A DNA stretch of 63,571 nt, filler included, from Octopus bimaculoides (GCF_001194135.2; 5 parts of 4 records of this genome joined end to end with filler, not necessarily neighbours in it), one strand, 5' to 3'; shown: positions 13,964 through 26,634, counted from the first letter of the whole stretch. Notes: generated by a model not told the origin, from the letters alone. Made by a program: numbers and translations.

Positions 13964-15328
13964 ATATATGTATATATCTTACAGAAATAGAAAACCGGAG
14001 AAGAATATAAAAAAATGAAAGACACTTTAGAAATTCTCTTTTATCTGATATTCTCACAATTGTAATGATGCCCACATGAGTGTGCGCGTCACTTAGTTGT
14101 CATTTTGATATCGAAAAAACAGTTAAGTAAAAGTGTTAATTAGTCGAGCTGCACCAAGAATAATCACATGGGATTCAAATGTGAAATATCAAGTCTTAAC
14201 AAGGGGACTTGTTCCAAAAACTGCCCGAAATATGTATTGGAAAATCAGTGTATAATATGCAGTACCTCGTTTAATTAACTGAGACGAAGGCGTCTATCTC
14301 CGTATGAACTTTTTTTTCTTCTTTACAAATTTTCCTTTATCAGAACCCGTCACAACTGTAATGATGCATACATACGTGTGAGTGTAAATAACTGGTTAGG
14401 ACGCCAAAGACAGGAAGTTCAAACATAGGAAGTTGAGAAAACGATTTAAAGAAATGAATCTTTATATATAGGGAGCAATATCATTTAATTTTAATAAAAA
14501 AAGTATTATTCCTTCCGGTGTCAAATTATTCATGTACCCCAGGTATGGTACAAATTCATCTAGAGGTTTGAGCGTGCATTGAGCACACACAGAGACAGGA
14601 TATTTTATATATGAATATCAAGTATATGTTTTTATATATATTCATATTATTATAAGTAAATCAATACCCTCAAAATACTAGGTATTGAAGAAGTACTTTC
14701 CAAGGGTGAAACCATCCCATCTCTTGGTTAACAAAACCTATAATAGAATATCTTCTTATGTATGATTGTATGTATGTATGTATGTATGTATGTATAGCTG
14801 TCTGGCTGTCTGTCTATCTATATATCCATCTATCTATCTATCTATCTATCTATCTATTTATCTATCTCTCTCTCTCTCTCTCTCTTTATATATATATATA
14901 TATAATGCATTGTATGCAGATATCATCTGTACCTTTTATATACGGCGCATCAGACGGCTCTTATATGTTGCGTCCGTGGACAAGGGTAATATAGAACTGT
15001 AGTTTATTTCTGCAGAAATCCGTCATCAATTGCTAGGAACTATGTTAAACATACCGTTCAAATTTACAAACATAGAAGCAACGACAATCAATAAGACATG
15101 CACCAACTAATTAATTATTAATTAGAAGGATTAAGCCATTTCCATATTGTATAGGACACGTAACCTCTTATTAATTATCAATTATATGCAAGTAAGGGTT
15201 AAACAGAATGGGAGTTTCACTCCGTATTGTTGTGTGTAATCTATAATCGATTCTATATTTAGCTGAAATAGTGTACATGAAGGTATGCATTTATTCGTGT
15301 ATATATATATATATATATNNNNNNNNNN

Positions 15329-16033
15329 TCAAACGGATGGCGATATTTATGGCACACACAATCGCCATCCGTTAGAGAAAAAAATTGTAGTTTGGAATCA
15401 GTAGTTCTTTGACTGCTATTTCTAAATTCTCAGTATGTTGGAGAAGCAACTCATGCTAATCCCTGTATATTTATGATTATAAATGCTTTTACCGATAAAG
15501 GTTTTTTTCATACTGAACTACTTGGGAAAATTGTTAATTATTAATTTTATTACTAATTGACGATCCCCTGCCCTATATCTGTATATTTTATATTGATGCC
15601 TCTAATTGGATGGTTAAACTGTAACCCTTTATACAGGACTTTTTATACGGGACTATTTGTGGCGCACATAGAATGGATTCTTTGGGGTGAAGTGTTTGAA
15701 CTCACTAGCCGATGAATTTCGTAAGTGCCTTACTCACGTGGTTTTGATGTCGGATGGTCAAAATTCCTGTGAGTTATATAGACACTTTCAAATTTATTCG
15801 AATATTGGGCTGAAGATCGGAATAGAGTACCTTCATACTCTTAACCGTGAAACGTCGTACTCAATTAACTAAAGGCAGGTTTGTTTTTGCTTTTCTCTTC
15901 TGTTTTTTGTTCTGTGTGTGCCATAAATATCGCCATCCGTTAGAGAAAAGATTTGTAGTTTGGAATCAGTAGTTCTTTGACTGCTATTTCTAAATTCTCA
16001 GTATGTTGGAGAAGCAACTCATGCTAATCCCTG
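15329..16033 (+). mobile_element. Hammerhead-carrying non-autonomous tandem element (retrozyme-like / Penelope-derived), unit about 568 bp
   Basis: 15361-15473 repeats at 15929-16033; hammerhead lies between the copies; short inverted piece at 15332-15360; no ORF; runs into the scaffold end. Confidence 0.65.
15804..15865 (+). ncRNA. Minimal type I hammerhead ribozyme motif
   Basis: Stem I ATTGGG/CTCAAT; core CTGAAGA (15810-16); stem II CGG/CCG plus AGAGTA/TACTCT with a U-U closing mismatch; GAAA (15849-52); stem III AC-gtc-GT; cleavage triplet GUA (15857-59). Confidence 0.8.
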
Positions 16034-16133
16034 NNNNNNNNNNNNNNNNNNNNNNNNNNNNNNNNNNNNNNNNNNNNTTAATTAATTAANNNNNNNNNNN
16101 NNNNNNNNNNNNNNNNNNNNNNNNNNNNNNNNN
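16034..16133. other. Artificial assembly spacer (44 N, TTAATTAATTAA, 44 N)
   Basis: Exactly 100 bp with a six-frame stop linker. Confidence 0.95.
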
Positions 16134-17879
16134 AAACTGATGGGAATCTTATAATAATTCTGTTTGATGTGGGATGGGAAGGGAGAGGGGAGGTGAGGGA
16201 GAGTTGGTAGTGAGTGAAAAGTGTAATTTTTTTTAAGTAAGTTTTTCTTCCATTACTTAGCCCGTCTGCAACGCTTTCACGTGATTAATTGAATGGAAAA
16301 GCAAAGAGCAGAAGAAAAAGGAGATAAAAAAATGGTAACTCGAAGAGTAAGAGAGAAAGAGGGAGAGTGATGTGTATTAAGTCTATAAAATTGTGCATAA
16401 AGTATATAAAGTGTTTATATAAAGTGCATTAAGTAATCAATTTCTTTCACTTTTCAATGATTAGCAGATGGGTGACTATCTTTTGATACAGACACAACAC
16501 AGGCTATGCATTCGGGTTTTGGGATTAAATGTTTCGTGAAATATTCACGGATCTCGCTAGAATACAAAGAAATTGATGTAATTTCCTCAAATCCTTTTTA
16601 TCCAAGTTTATTTTATTTTGTCCCACGAATATTAATTGTACTTTAGATCTTTACAGGCTTTTAGTTTATCTTTTTTTACTGTATCTTGAAGTAGAAGCTG
16701 AAACCATGGTCTTTGAAGTGCCTTCTGCACCTGTGAGATTGATGTCATCGACCTACGCTCCCGCCCGAACTCTTGTTATATCATTCGGCATATTCGCACC
16801 CATGCCCTATCTCTAAACTTACTCTACTTTTTTCATACACTCTTACCAACTTTTACCCAACTATCCTTCATCTTGCCCCCAGAGCCCATCTGGTCGTCTG
16901 GTCATGTTGTCATCATCATCTTTATCTTTCTTTCCAACTTAACACTAATTACCTTCATCCACACTTGTACAATGTAAGCAGCCATGTATCTCCTCTGCAG
17001 TAAGAAACCTGTTCCGGTCCCTTCCTTCATATTCTAACCTTTTATCACTTAGCATAAAACTGCCTCCTTCTCTAGTGTAGCCCCGCTCAACTGATGGGGG
17101 CTGTTAGTCTTGCGAACTACCTGGCGACTTCACTAGAACTGATATCACGAAAATAGCACCCAGCACAATTTGTAAAGTCGTTGGCATTAGGAAGGGCATC
17201 CAGCTGTAAGAATTAGGTCAAAGTAGACATTAGTACAAAACGTAACCCTTTGACCTGTTCGATCTTGTCAAACCATCCAACCCATACCAGCATGAACGAC
17301 GTACATAAAAATATGATGATGACGATGACGACGACGACGACAACGATGACAACGACACCTGCAGGAGAGATATGAGTCGCTTAATTTGTTCACAAGTTTA
17401 GTCTGAGATGAGGTAAACTAAAAATCAGATTATTCTGAGAACTTAAAATGATTTTGAACCTGCGCCAGTTCATTTAATAATGTAACACAACGATTTTTCA
17501 ATCATTTTCGAACCACGGCAAACAGATTGAGGTGCTAAAGGTGTTATGGCACACCATGAACTTGAAAACAGTTTCATTATTTAAAAAAAAAAAAAAAAAA
17601 AAAAAACGAAAATTGGTTTAAAACAGAAATGGATTTCCGCATCACATTTTGTCACAAATCGACCGATCAGGTGCATTAAAGTCGGTCAATGCTTTTTGCT
17701 GTGTCTTTTTGTTTATTTTGGTGATCCTAGCATTTTCTGACTAAGCACAAAAACCCGCAACATACATAGACCTACTTCTATATCTAGGCACAGAGATTGA
17801 GAACGTCCGTTTCAACTGCTTTTTTCTTTCATTTTGCTCATTAAATATTCCTGTTATGGTGATCCTCCTCTTCCTCCTT

Positions 17880-18468
17880 GCCAGATGCCTTTACTAAGCA
17901 GAATTATGTCTTTGCCATTTGACCCTTCTAACTTCTTCTCGGCCACCAAAAGCTAGAATAAAGATAACAGACCTCCAACGAAATCTATTGTTCTCAACAA
18001 TATGCCTATCAGTTCTGCCTGGTTTTGGATAATTATAAAAACAAGAAATCCGTAAGCCAATGCTAGTTAGTGAGAACCGATTCTGGCTAACCGGCTGAAC
18101 AAAACGCCATCACTAAAGGAAAAGGCATAAAGGGACAATTATGGTAACTCACCAACGAAGCAGTTGTTTCATCCCACCACTCTCACTTTAAACTAACTCA
18201 CTTTCTTTTCTCTGTAACATTACCATATCTCTCTATATATATACTACTATGAGATCGTGTACACACATATACAGGCCGAAATTAATTATTTTTACCTCGC
18301 ATGCTTTTCCATTTACTAATTATACATATCAACCCGTCGTGGTTTTGGATATATAAAAAGTAACGGTAAATAAATATCTCTTTACAACTTCAATCACTGT
18401 TCTTCTTCCATTTTGCATACTGGCAACCAGCACCTTAACAACAACCGTTACAATTGGTGACCCTCGAC
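17880..18468 (+). mobile_element. LTR-like repeat followed by tRNA-Trp-type primer binding site
   Basis: Ends ...CCGTTACA-AT-TGGTGACCCTCGAC (18455-18468; canonical TGGTGACCCCGAC). Homologous to 22811-23150, 57960-58134 and 59091-59540. Confidence 0.6.
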
Positions 18469-19479
18469 TGCAACGAAGTACTAACCGTTACAACTGTTAT
18501 CCTTAATTACTCTCATTAACACAATACTACAATTTAAAGGGAATGTATTGGCGAATGAATCTTCAAGGTATGTTACTTGTGTCATTAATTACTTGTATTA
18601 ACACAAGACCGCAATTTCATATAAAGCGAAATATCAACATAAATATTTTAAGTAAAAAGTTTCTTATTCTTCACTTTACTAGAAGTAATAGCTTGTCCTA
18701 TACTTTTACAGGTGTGATAACTTGCCCTGTACTTTTCCAGGTTGATAATCTTAAGAATATTATTTTTCATGCTCGCATTTTTCCATGTAATCCATGATTT
18801 TTCCAGGCATTGCTGTTATAAGATAATTAATAATGTGTCAATTAATAATTTAAGATTTTACCTTATAAAATACTGAAAAATGATATTTCAATTTTTCCAT
18901 GTAAGTGATGATAATATTTCAATTTTTTTTTCATGTTTAATTTAAATATATGTTGTGATTGAATTATTTGAAATTACCCATCCACACCAAATTAATGACA
19001 GAGATTTTTACCATGCTGTTGGTACCACTATGGCTCACCAAAAGTTACAAACAACAAGACCCTCAAAGCATCAGTTACCAGGTTCACCTTAAGTAACCTA
19101 ATTTTGTAATATTAGGAGGTCACAGGAATTCATTCAACGAAAAAAAAATTTCCAATGATTCCGGGATCGTGGGGGAAGGGGGAACGACCACACTTCATTT
19201 TTTTCGAACCAAAATAAGGGATTTGCAGCATATTAGGAGGTCAGGGTACTTGATTCCACGCNNNNNNNNNNNNNNNNNNNNNNNNNNNNNNNNNNNNNNN
19301 NNNNNNNNNNNNNNNNNNNNNNNNNNNNNNNNNNNNNNNNNNNNNNNNNNNNNNNNNNNNNNNNNNNNNNNNNNNNNNNNNNNNNNNNNNNNNNNNNNNN
19401 NNNNNNNNNNNNNNNNNNNNNNNNNNNNNNNNNNNNNNNNNNNNNNNNNNNNNNNNNNNNNNNNNNNNNNNNNNNNNNN

Positions 19480-19831
19480 GGTTCCAGTTGATCCGATCAA
19501 CGGAACAGCCTGCTCGTGAAATTAACGTGCAAGTGGCTGAGCACTCCACAGACACGTGTACCCTTAACGTAGTTCTCGAGGATATTCAGCGTGACACAGA
19601 GTGTGACAAGGCTGGCCCTTTGAAATACAGGTACAAGAGAAACAGGAAGAAAGAGTGAGAGAAAGTTGTAGTGAAAGAGTACAGCAGGGTTCGCCACCAT
19701 CCCCTGCCGGAGCTTCGTAGAACTTTAGCTGTTTTCGCTCAATAAACACTCACAACGCCCGGTCTGGGAATCGAAACCGCGATCCTATGACCGCGAGTCC
19801 GCTGCCCTAACCACTGGGCCATTGCGCCTCC
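19480..19831 (-). mobile_element. SINE family B
   Basis: Reverse complement of 27185-27567; 3' end lost in the gap. Confidence 0.9.
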
Positions 19832-22159
19832 ACTCTAGAACATTACACACAATGGGCGTGTGATTTATGTAGGGGGATACTTTGGCTGCTATTTTTAGCG
19901 TGTCGAGCGACCCGGTAGAGACTCTTTCTTTGGTTCGATTGCGTGATGAGATTTTTTTACACATATATGTAATATGCATATATATCATCGGCAGAAGTTA
20001 GAGAGTAAGTCAAAAGCTGAGAGTTTCGTGTATTGGCGCTTAGCAAACACGAATTTGTCCATTGTCACTCTGTAACTTCTGACGAAATAACTTCTAAAAT
20101 ACAAAACTTTGTCAAAAACGTTAAGAGTAAACCCTGTTCTATGTGATATATTTTACCAGTATCGGAAGTTTGAAAGTTCTTTGTTTAAAAAAATTAATTA
20201 AATAATCTGTACGTCTAACTGAATAGATCCGAAATAGATGAAAGGCAAAGTCGACCTCGGCGGAATTTGAACTCAGAACGTAAAAACAGACGAAATACCG
20301 CTTCTAAAATACAAAATTTTATCAAAAACGTTAAGATTAAACCCTGTTCTATGTGATACGTTCTACCAGTATCGGAAGTTTGAAGGTGTTTAGTTTTTTA
20401 AAAAAATTAATTAAATAATCTGTACGCCAAAGTCGACCTCGGCGAAATTTGAACTCAAAACGTAAAGACAGACGAAATACCGTTAAGCATCTCACTCAGC
20501 GAATTAACGTTTCTGCCGGATCACCGCGTTAAAATTTAAGCATTCATTTTAGAAATATATTCTTTATTCTTATTACTTAGGCATTACTTCTTACTTTCTC
20601 ACTTACTGACATTAAATTCCGTAACATTTTACCTCATAACTGTTTTTCTACTAATTTTTGTTCAATGCGACTAGCGATTCTAAATTCTTCATGCTTTTTT
20701 TATCATTTAAGCCGAAGAAAAGTATACTTTTAATTTAAAATTTAAAAAATTATGTTAAGTGAAGATGAATATCTGCCTTACTGCCCACCTGCCCATGTGG
20801 TGAAGACTATGTTGAGTATCACATTTGTAAGAGAAGCAGTTATTCTACCAACATGTGCAATTTGAACGCCCTACGGAGGTTATAAAGAAAAACGGTTACG
20901 ATATCCGTTGCTTTACTTTCAATAAAATTCTAATAATTCGTTGTTCAGTTGTAATATATAAGCCCTGATCCAGCAGAATTTATTACTAAAACTGTTCCAA
21001 CTGTGACCACTCTGTCGTTATTTAGGCTTGATTTTTGTTTTTAATCTTGATGATGAGGGAGATGATAAAAAGCATAGACATTCACTTTCTTGCTAAACAT
21101 GTAAGTTGAATTGGACCATAATCCGGTCGCTCTCTGACAGGTTTATCGTCGAGCCTGTGACAGTAGAGACCTCCAGCGTTCTCGGAACACGAGAAAACAA
21201 TCAGGGTATCTCAAATGCGAGCCCCGTGAGTCAGAGTGGTTGTTCCAGTGCATCTCCCTCGCCATCTATCGGGACAACGGCCTTTTTCCAATTTTGTCAA
21301 CTGCGACCATAAGTTGGTTTGAATTACAGGACATTGCATGTTCCACTCCTAAATGTAAAGTTACTCCAGAGTTATCCCAGATACATAAATGTCAGTTCAT
21401 ATATATATATATATATCAGCCCCTTCACCCTTATTCGTTCATTCCACTGTTCGTTCTTTCGTTCCCCGTCGCTCACATTTCCTTGCCTTCTCTTCTTTCC
21501 CTCCACTTTTCACTTCACTGTGTCCCTGTCATTTTTCTCGCCCCTCCCTAATTCTTTTGTCCCTTTGCCTCTACCTATCTCTCTTCTCTTCCCAGTGACC
21601 GGTGTTCGGCCAAGCGTAATCTTTCTTTCTTGGCCGGCCGTTGTACGTGTAACATCGTTATTCCTCTCTGTGCCTGTGAAATCTTGTATTCCTGCCTTAA
21701 GGCCTTATTTCCACAACGCCCGCTTAATTTAATTCGTCGTTAATCGAAAGACATCTGTTGTTATGTCCTGTTTTATTATTTTTATAGTATTTGTGTAACA
21801 TTGTTCGTTTTTTTTTCCGTCCTTGTTTTTGTATACATTCGCTGCTTTCTTCCAAGGAATCTAATGCTCTTAGCTTAGTTTTTCCTTGGGGCTGGCCAGA
21901 TTGGAGCAATATCGAGAATAACCAGCCGAAATTGCAAGGATAATCTGGATCTCGACTGAAGAGAGAAAACTCCGAATGACCTGTCCGTGTTTCCTTTGTA
22001 TCGTCAATCTGTATGTTTTGTCCCTTTCGTGCATCACCTAACTGTCTGGATGTTTTGTATTATTTATACATACATATATANNNNNNNNNNNNNNNNGCAG
22101 GCATGGCTGTGTGGTGAGTAGCTCGCTTACCAGCCACATGATTCTGGGTTCAGTAGAGG

Positions 22160-22810
22160 AGGAGGATTTAGAAGAACGAGGGTGAAATGGAGAGATTATT
22201 CAGAGTGGAGGAGGGAAGAGAAGAGGTACCAGCAGTGGAGCAGGAAAAGGGAAAACAAGTAAGAAAGCCCAAAAAATATCGATGGAATTTTGTGACATAT
22301 GCGAAAAACAAGGAAATAGAACGGAAAATAATGAAATTTATAAGGTTGAAGCTGTATTCGGAGAATGTGAAGGCCATTGTGGTCGATAGGGAGAAATACA
22401 TCAGGCTGAGAGATATGTGTGGAAGGGGAATTGATCCGCCAGGAGTAGCGGTGGAATTCGATGAATTGCCACCAGTAGTAGAACTGAAATAGCTCGAGCT
22501 TTTATGAAATCCTAAAAAATAGAAAATTGTTTAATGAAAAAAGGAAAAAAAAAAGGAAAATTGTTTTGTTTTTTAAAAAGAGAGAGAGATAAATGATAAG
22601 GAAAAAAAACAAAGGAAAATGAACGATTGTAAACAGTGTATTAAACGTTCAAATGGTACTGCATGGGAGTGGGCCCATGCAGCCATTTCATTTTCATTAT
22701 ATAACATCATTTTCATTCCTTTTATGTTCTTTGTCCCCACTGTGATGTTCTGTCTGTCCTTGTTGTGTTCCCTCTGTGTTATGGCCGTAGTGCCAAATAA
22801 AGAAAGAGTT
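22160..22810 (+). mobile_element. Probable 3' end of a second LINE
   Basis: Purine-rich 101-aa ORF (22187-22492), A-rich tract, then UTR ending TGTCTGTCCTTGTTGTGTTCCCTCT...AATAAAGAAAGAG like 59040-59090. Protein not recognised. Confidence 0.45.
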
Positions 22811-23190
22811 AGTCACTTTGGTAACAACTCAGGTAGAACGAAGTCTGGCTGACTAGCTAGAACAACTATGGTATCTCGCCAACGAAGCAGTTGTTTCGTC
22901 CTATACTCTCTCACTCGTACTAGCTCTAATTCTGTTCTCTTACTACATCATCCTATCTCTCTCCGTAATTACTAATAAACAATGACGAGAACACCAACAC
23001 AAACAAACATCTATCTTTACTTCGCATGCTTTTGGATTTTTTATCACCTGTCCGTCGAGGCAAGGTATTGTATAATGTAACGGTAAAAATTAATATTTTC
23101 TTAAAAATTCATGCATTGTTCATCTTTCACATCCTTCAACAGGAGTAAACAATGGACATGTTTCGTTGTTATTTGACCTCCTCCATAAAA
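22811..23190 (+). mobile_element. Partial copy of the LTR-like repeat
   Basis: Shares CAACGAAGCAGTTGTTTC with 18150 and TTACTTCGCATGCTTTTGGATTTT..ATCACCTG..CGAGGCAAGGTAT with 59370-59420. Confidence 0.7.
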
Positions 23191-23876
23191 CATATTCGAT
23201 TCAGTTGACAAAACTAAAAGTGATATACATGCATTATACATACATGCATGCATACATACATACATACATACATACATACATACATACATTCCCGACCACA
23301 AACACGGATTATTTTTTTAAAAGTAAAATGTTGACAGTGACTTCGGAGTTTCGACTTGCAATATAGAGAGGAACGTTCTCCGTGCTTACAGCATGAATGG
23401 TAAAGTCTCTCAAATGTTCTATACTGAGTTAAATAAAACTTTGATCGATGAGTTTACCTAAGCAATGATTGTAAAGTTTTGTCGTAGAGGGAGTTTGTAT
23501 CTACTAATTGGTTGGATTATTGTTATAGTGTAGATCCCCATTCACTTGTCTGTTATTGTCGGCACTGTAATATTCTTGTCGCCACTATTATGTTGTGGCG
23601 GTATTCCTCGTCTTACTATCTTTGACTCATCTATCGTGTTATCGCTGACAACTCCGCAAATCAATGACTTTGAAACGTCTATTTTGACGGTAACTCGAAC
23701 TCGCATATATCGCATAACTGACATTGACTCCTACTAAGAACTCGCACAACGACTCTACTGCTACTGACCTCCAACAACGACTTTGTCACGTGGGATAGGC
23801 AGTACCATTTTCACTACAACAATTATCTCATCTTATCGAGATCTTTTACTTATACTTTATGGGTGTGGTGTGTGTG

Positions 23877-23907
<31 letters not shown>

Positions 23908-24302
23908 TGCTGCCGTATTTGTCTCTAGTACTCAGAATGCTCTCAAAGGTTTTTCCTCAATCACGTTTATCGACAATTATCTAAGACAGTGTTAACGTTC
24001 TAATTAAGTATCAAAAATTTAATTATGAAAACTTATGTGGTGAAGAAAAGACAACGTAAATTTAATTACTAGATTTATTTTTCAATTTCAGCAAATACAG
24101 GAGACAGCTATGTTTCAGTTTCATCGACATCAACAGCGAAGCATATAATTCAATAGACACCGGAGTTATCTCCCGTACTTTCTGAAAGGATTAAAACAAC
24201 ATTAGTCATTGAGCTAATGTTCTCTTTTCCTCACTGCAAAAGTATTTTTAATTAGATTTCTTTAAGCCTACTATACTAAAGTATTTTAACACATGATTGT
24301 TG

Positions 24303-24907
24303 GGATCTTTTTTAAAACGGGGGCCACATTTTTCATTAACGAAACACTTTGAAACTTGGAACACTGGTAGAATGTGTCATATAAAACATCTTTTTCTCTT
24401 AGTCTTCTTTAAAAAAAAAGAAATCCCTAAGTTATTCCATGTTAAAGTTGTCGTATTTCTGTAATTTCAACCAATCACTGACGTCCATTCAGCCGATATA
24501 CATTAAGTGCCGACTACGTAAACAAACGATTCTGAAACAATTCTATCGGTGATAGGGTTAGGGTTAGGGTTAGGGTAAAACAGCAAATTTAAAAAGAAAA
24601 AAAGCAAATAAAACGAAGAAGAAAAAAGAAAATGAAAAAAGCAAATTTAAAATGAAAAAAGCAAATAAAACGAAGCTATGGCTTAATCAGCCAAAGGAGT
24701 AAATGTAAACAACTGAATACTTGTCAGTGATTGGTTGAAATTATTGAAATAAGACAATTTTTTACATGAAATAAATTCGAATACAAAAATATTTTTCTGT
24801 TCTATAACACAAAATAGATAAGTATACGAAGTTTGAAAGTCTTTCGGTACCAAAAACACTACGTAAAACATTAATGAAAAATGTGGCCCCCGTTTTAAAA
24901 AAGATCC
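24303..24907. mobile_element. MITE with perfect 37-bp TIRs and 8-bp TSD (Merlin- or hAT-type), internal (TTAGGG)4
   Basis: TIR GGATCTTTTTTAAAACGGGGGCCACATTTTTCATTAA at 24303-24339 and 24871-24907; TSD GATTGTTG at 24295-24302 and 24908-24915; telomeric repeats 24553-24576. Confidence 0.9.
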
Positions 24908-25480
24908 GATTGTTGTTTTTCATGCAAGTAGCGTCTCTGAACCCTGAGTAATTAACTTCAGAGATTAATTTTCATAATTACGACGATCATTTAACTGCGT
25001 CTCTCTTTCATATTAATGATGTTTTAAGCGATTGCAATAAGCTCACTATTAATGCTTTTATTAAGTTATACAATATGACTTCCCCTGTAAACTTGATGCC
25101 TTGTAATTTATGTACCGTCATATTGGTAGCGTGGCCAAATTGTTAAGAAATTCGCTTTGCAATAACAAAGCTGCGTGTTCAATCTCCTTGCATGGAATCT
25201 TTTTTTTTTTTTTTTTTAATCATAGACTTCTGAATGATACTGGATTGCCGGAAACTGTGCGAAAGCTCAATGTGTAGACTGTGTCGTGTCACGCTGATTT
25301 TCAACAAGAGGATTACATTAAGAATGCACGTGACAAGGGAATACTCAATCATTTGCATGCTAATTGAATGAGCTAATAAAATCGAACAACTGAATACTCA
25401 GCGGCGACACCGACGAAAATTCATTCACTTATCCTCGCAGTAGAAGATAAAGGTAGGACATTGGCTTGGTTGCACTAGCG

Positions 25481-26383
25481 TATCCGACTTAATTTTTTTC
25501 CTACCAAAACTAATGTCACATGGGTAAAATCTTTTGGGTGGGAGGTGACGCTACCCTTCTTGTGCATGCGTGGAAATTTTCGGATCGGTAGGTTGTATCA
25601 GTTCACGGTTTTTACGACAAGAGTACAGACTTGTATTGCGCTCTTGTCGGATTTTCGTTTCCACGCGAGATGACCGAACGCTTCAAGTAGAGATCATAAA
25701 GCCATGTTTCATCACGAATGATGATGGTCATCATAAAGTCTTGGTTGTGGTTTGCACAGTCCAGCTTGTCCTGAACGATTTCCATGCAGAGTTGCTTCTG
25801 CTTCTCCGCCAGCACTTTGGGGACGAATTTCACCGACAATCTCCACATGCACAAATCCTCCGTTAAAATAGATACACTAATCTTGAGCATATTCCCATTT
25901 CGCGAGCAATTTCTTGGATTGTTACACGGCGGTTTTCCATGACTATTCGCCGAACCTTCTCAATCGGCTCCTCGTTTCGGCTTGTAAGTGTCTTGCCTGA
26001 ACATGCCTCGCGCTCCACTGAGGTGCGAACATGGTTGAAGCGGTTTACCACTACTTGATCGGAGCGTTGCCCATGGCTTCATCACCAAAAGTCTGCCGTA
26101 TCTGGACAGTTTGAGCTAGAGTGTCACCAAGCTTTTCACAAACCTTGATGTAATACCCCTGCTCAATTCGATACGTTCCATTACAACGAAAATCCGACGA
26201 GCGTGCACCTACACGTCTGTACTCTAAGCGTAACAGCCAGGAACTGACATGACCTACCGGCGCGGAAATTTTCACGCATGCGCAGGAATGGTGGCGTCAT
26301 CTTCCACCCAAAGGATTTTGTCCACGTGGCATTAGTTTCGGCGGGAAAAACTAATGTCGATTCTTTTTTCGATGCACCTCGTA
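25481..26383 (-). mobile_element. Internally deleted mariner transposon with frameshifted transposase pseudogene and long inverted repeats
   Basis: Minus-strand pieces RIEQGYYIKVCEKLG...FGDEAM, KVRRIVMENRRVTIQEIAREMGI, KFVPKVL, RDETWLY; ATG at 26181; terminus TA-CGAGGTGCATC at 26383; inverted arms about 25481-25659 and 26185-26365. Confidence 0.9.
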
Positions 26384-26456
26384 TGCATAATATTATTGAC
26401 ATCATAAGAATTTTTATAAATTTCAAAAGATCAAGAAATAATTCTTTTTTGGGATG

Positions 26457-26634
26457 TTGAAGCAGATAAGCTATAAATAATAGCATGTAAATAATGGGTT
26501 AAAAATTTCTTTGCCTGGAAAAAGTCGAAGGCTGTCTGTGTCATGTTCCACGGGCTGCCTTTGGCTTTTTTCTATGCTAAGAGCTTTTTTAACCCAACAT
26601 TTACATACAATTATTTACAGCTTATCTGCTTCAA
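26457..26634. mobile_element. Small hairpin MITE-like element
   Basis: About 50-bp imperfect inverted repeats TTGAAGCAGATAAGCT.TAAATAAT...ATGTAAAT..TGGGTTAAAAA; no TSD seen. Confidence 0.6.

Noticed and set aside
16078-16089. TTAATTAATTAA as a biological repeat or CRISPR-like spacing
   Set aside because: Assembly linker; no CRISPR array or prokaryotic genes in the window.
21950-21995. CTGAAGA-GAG-AAAA-CTC-CGAAT, hammerhead-like
   Set aside because: Extra C, GAAT instead of GAAA, and no stem I pairing.
23521-23818. TG...CA bounded 298-bp segment as a solo LTR
   Set aside because: No TSD, PBS or second copy.
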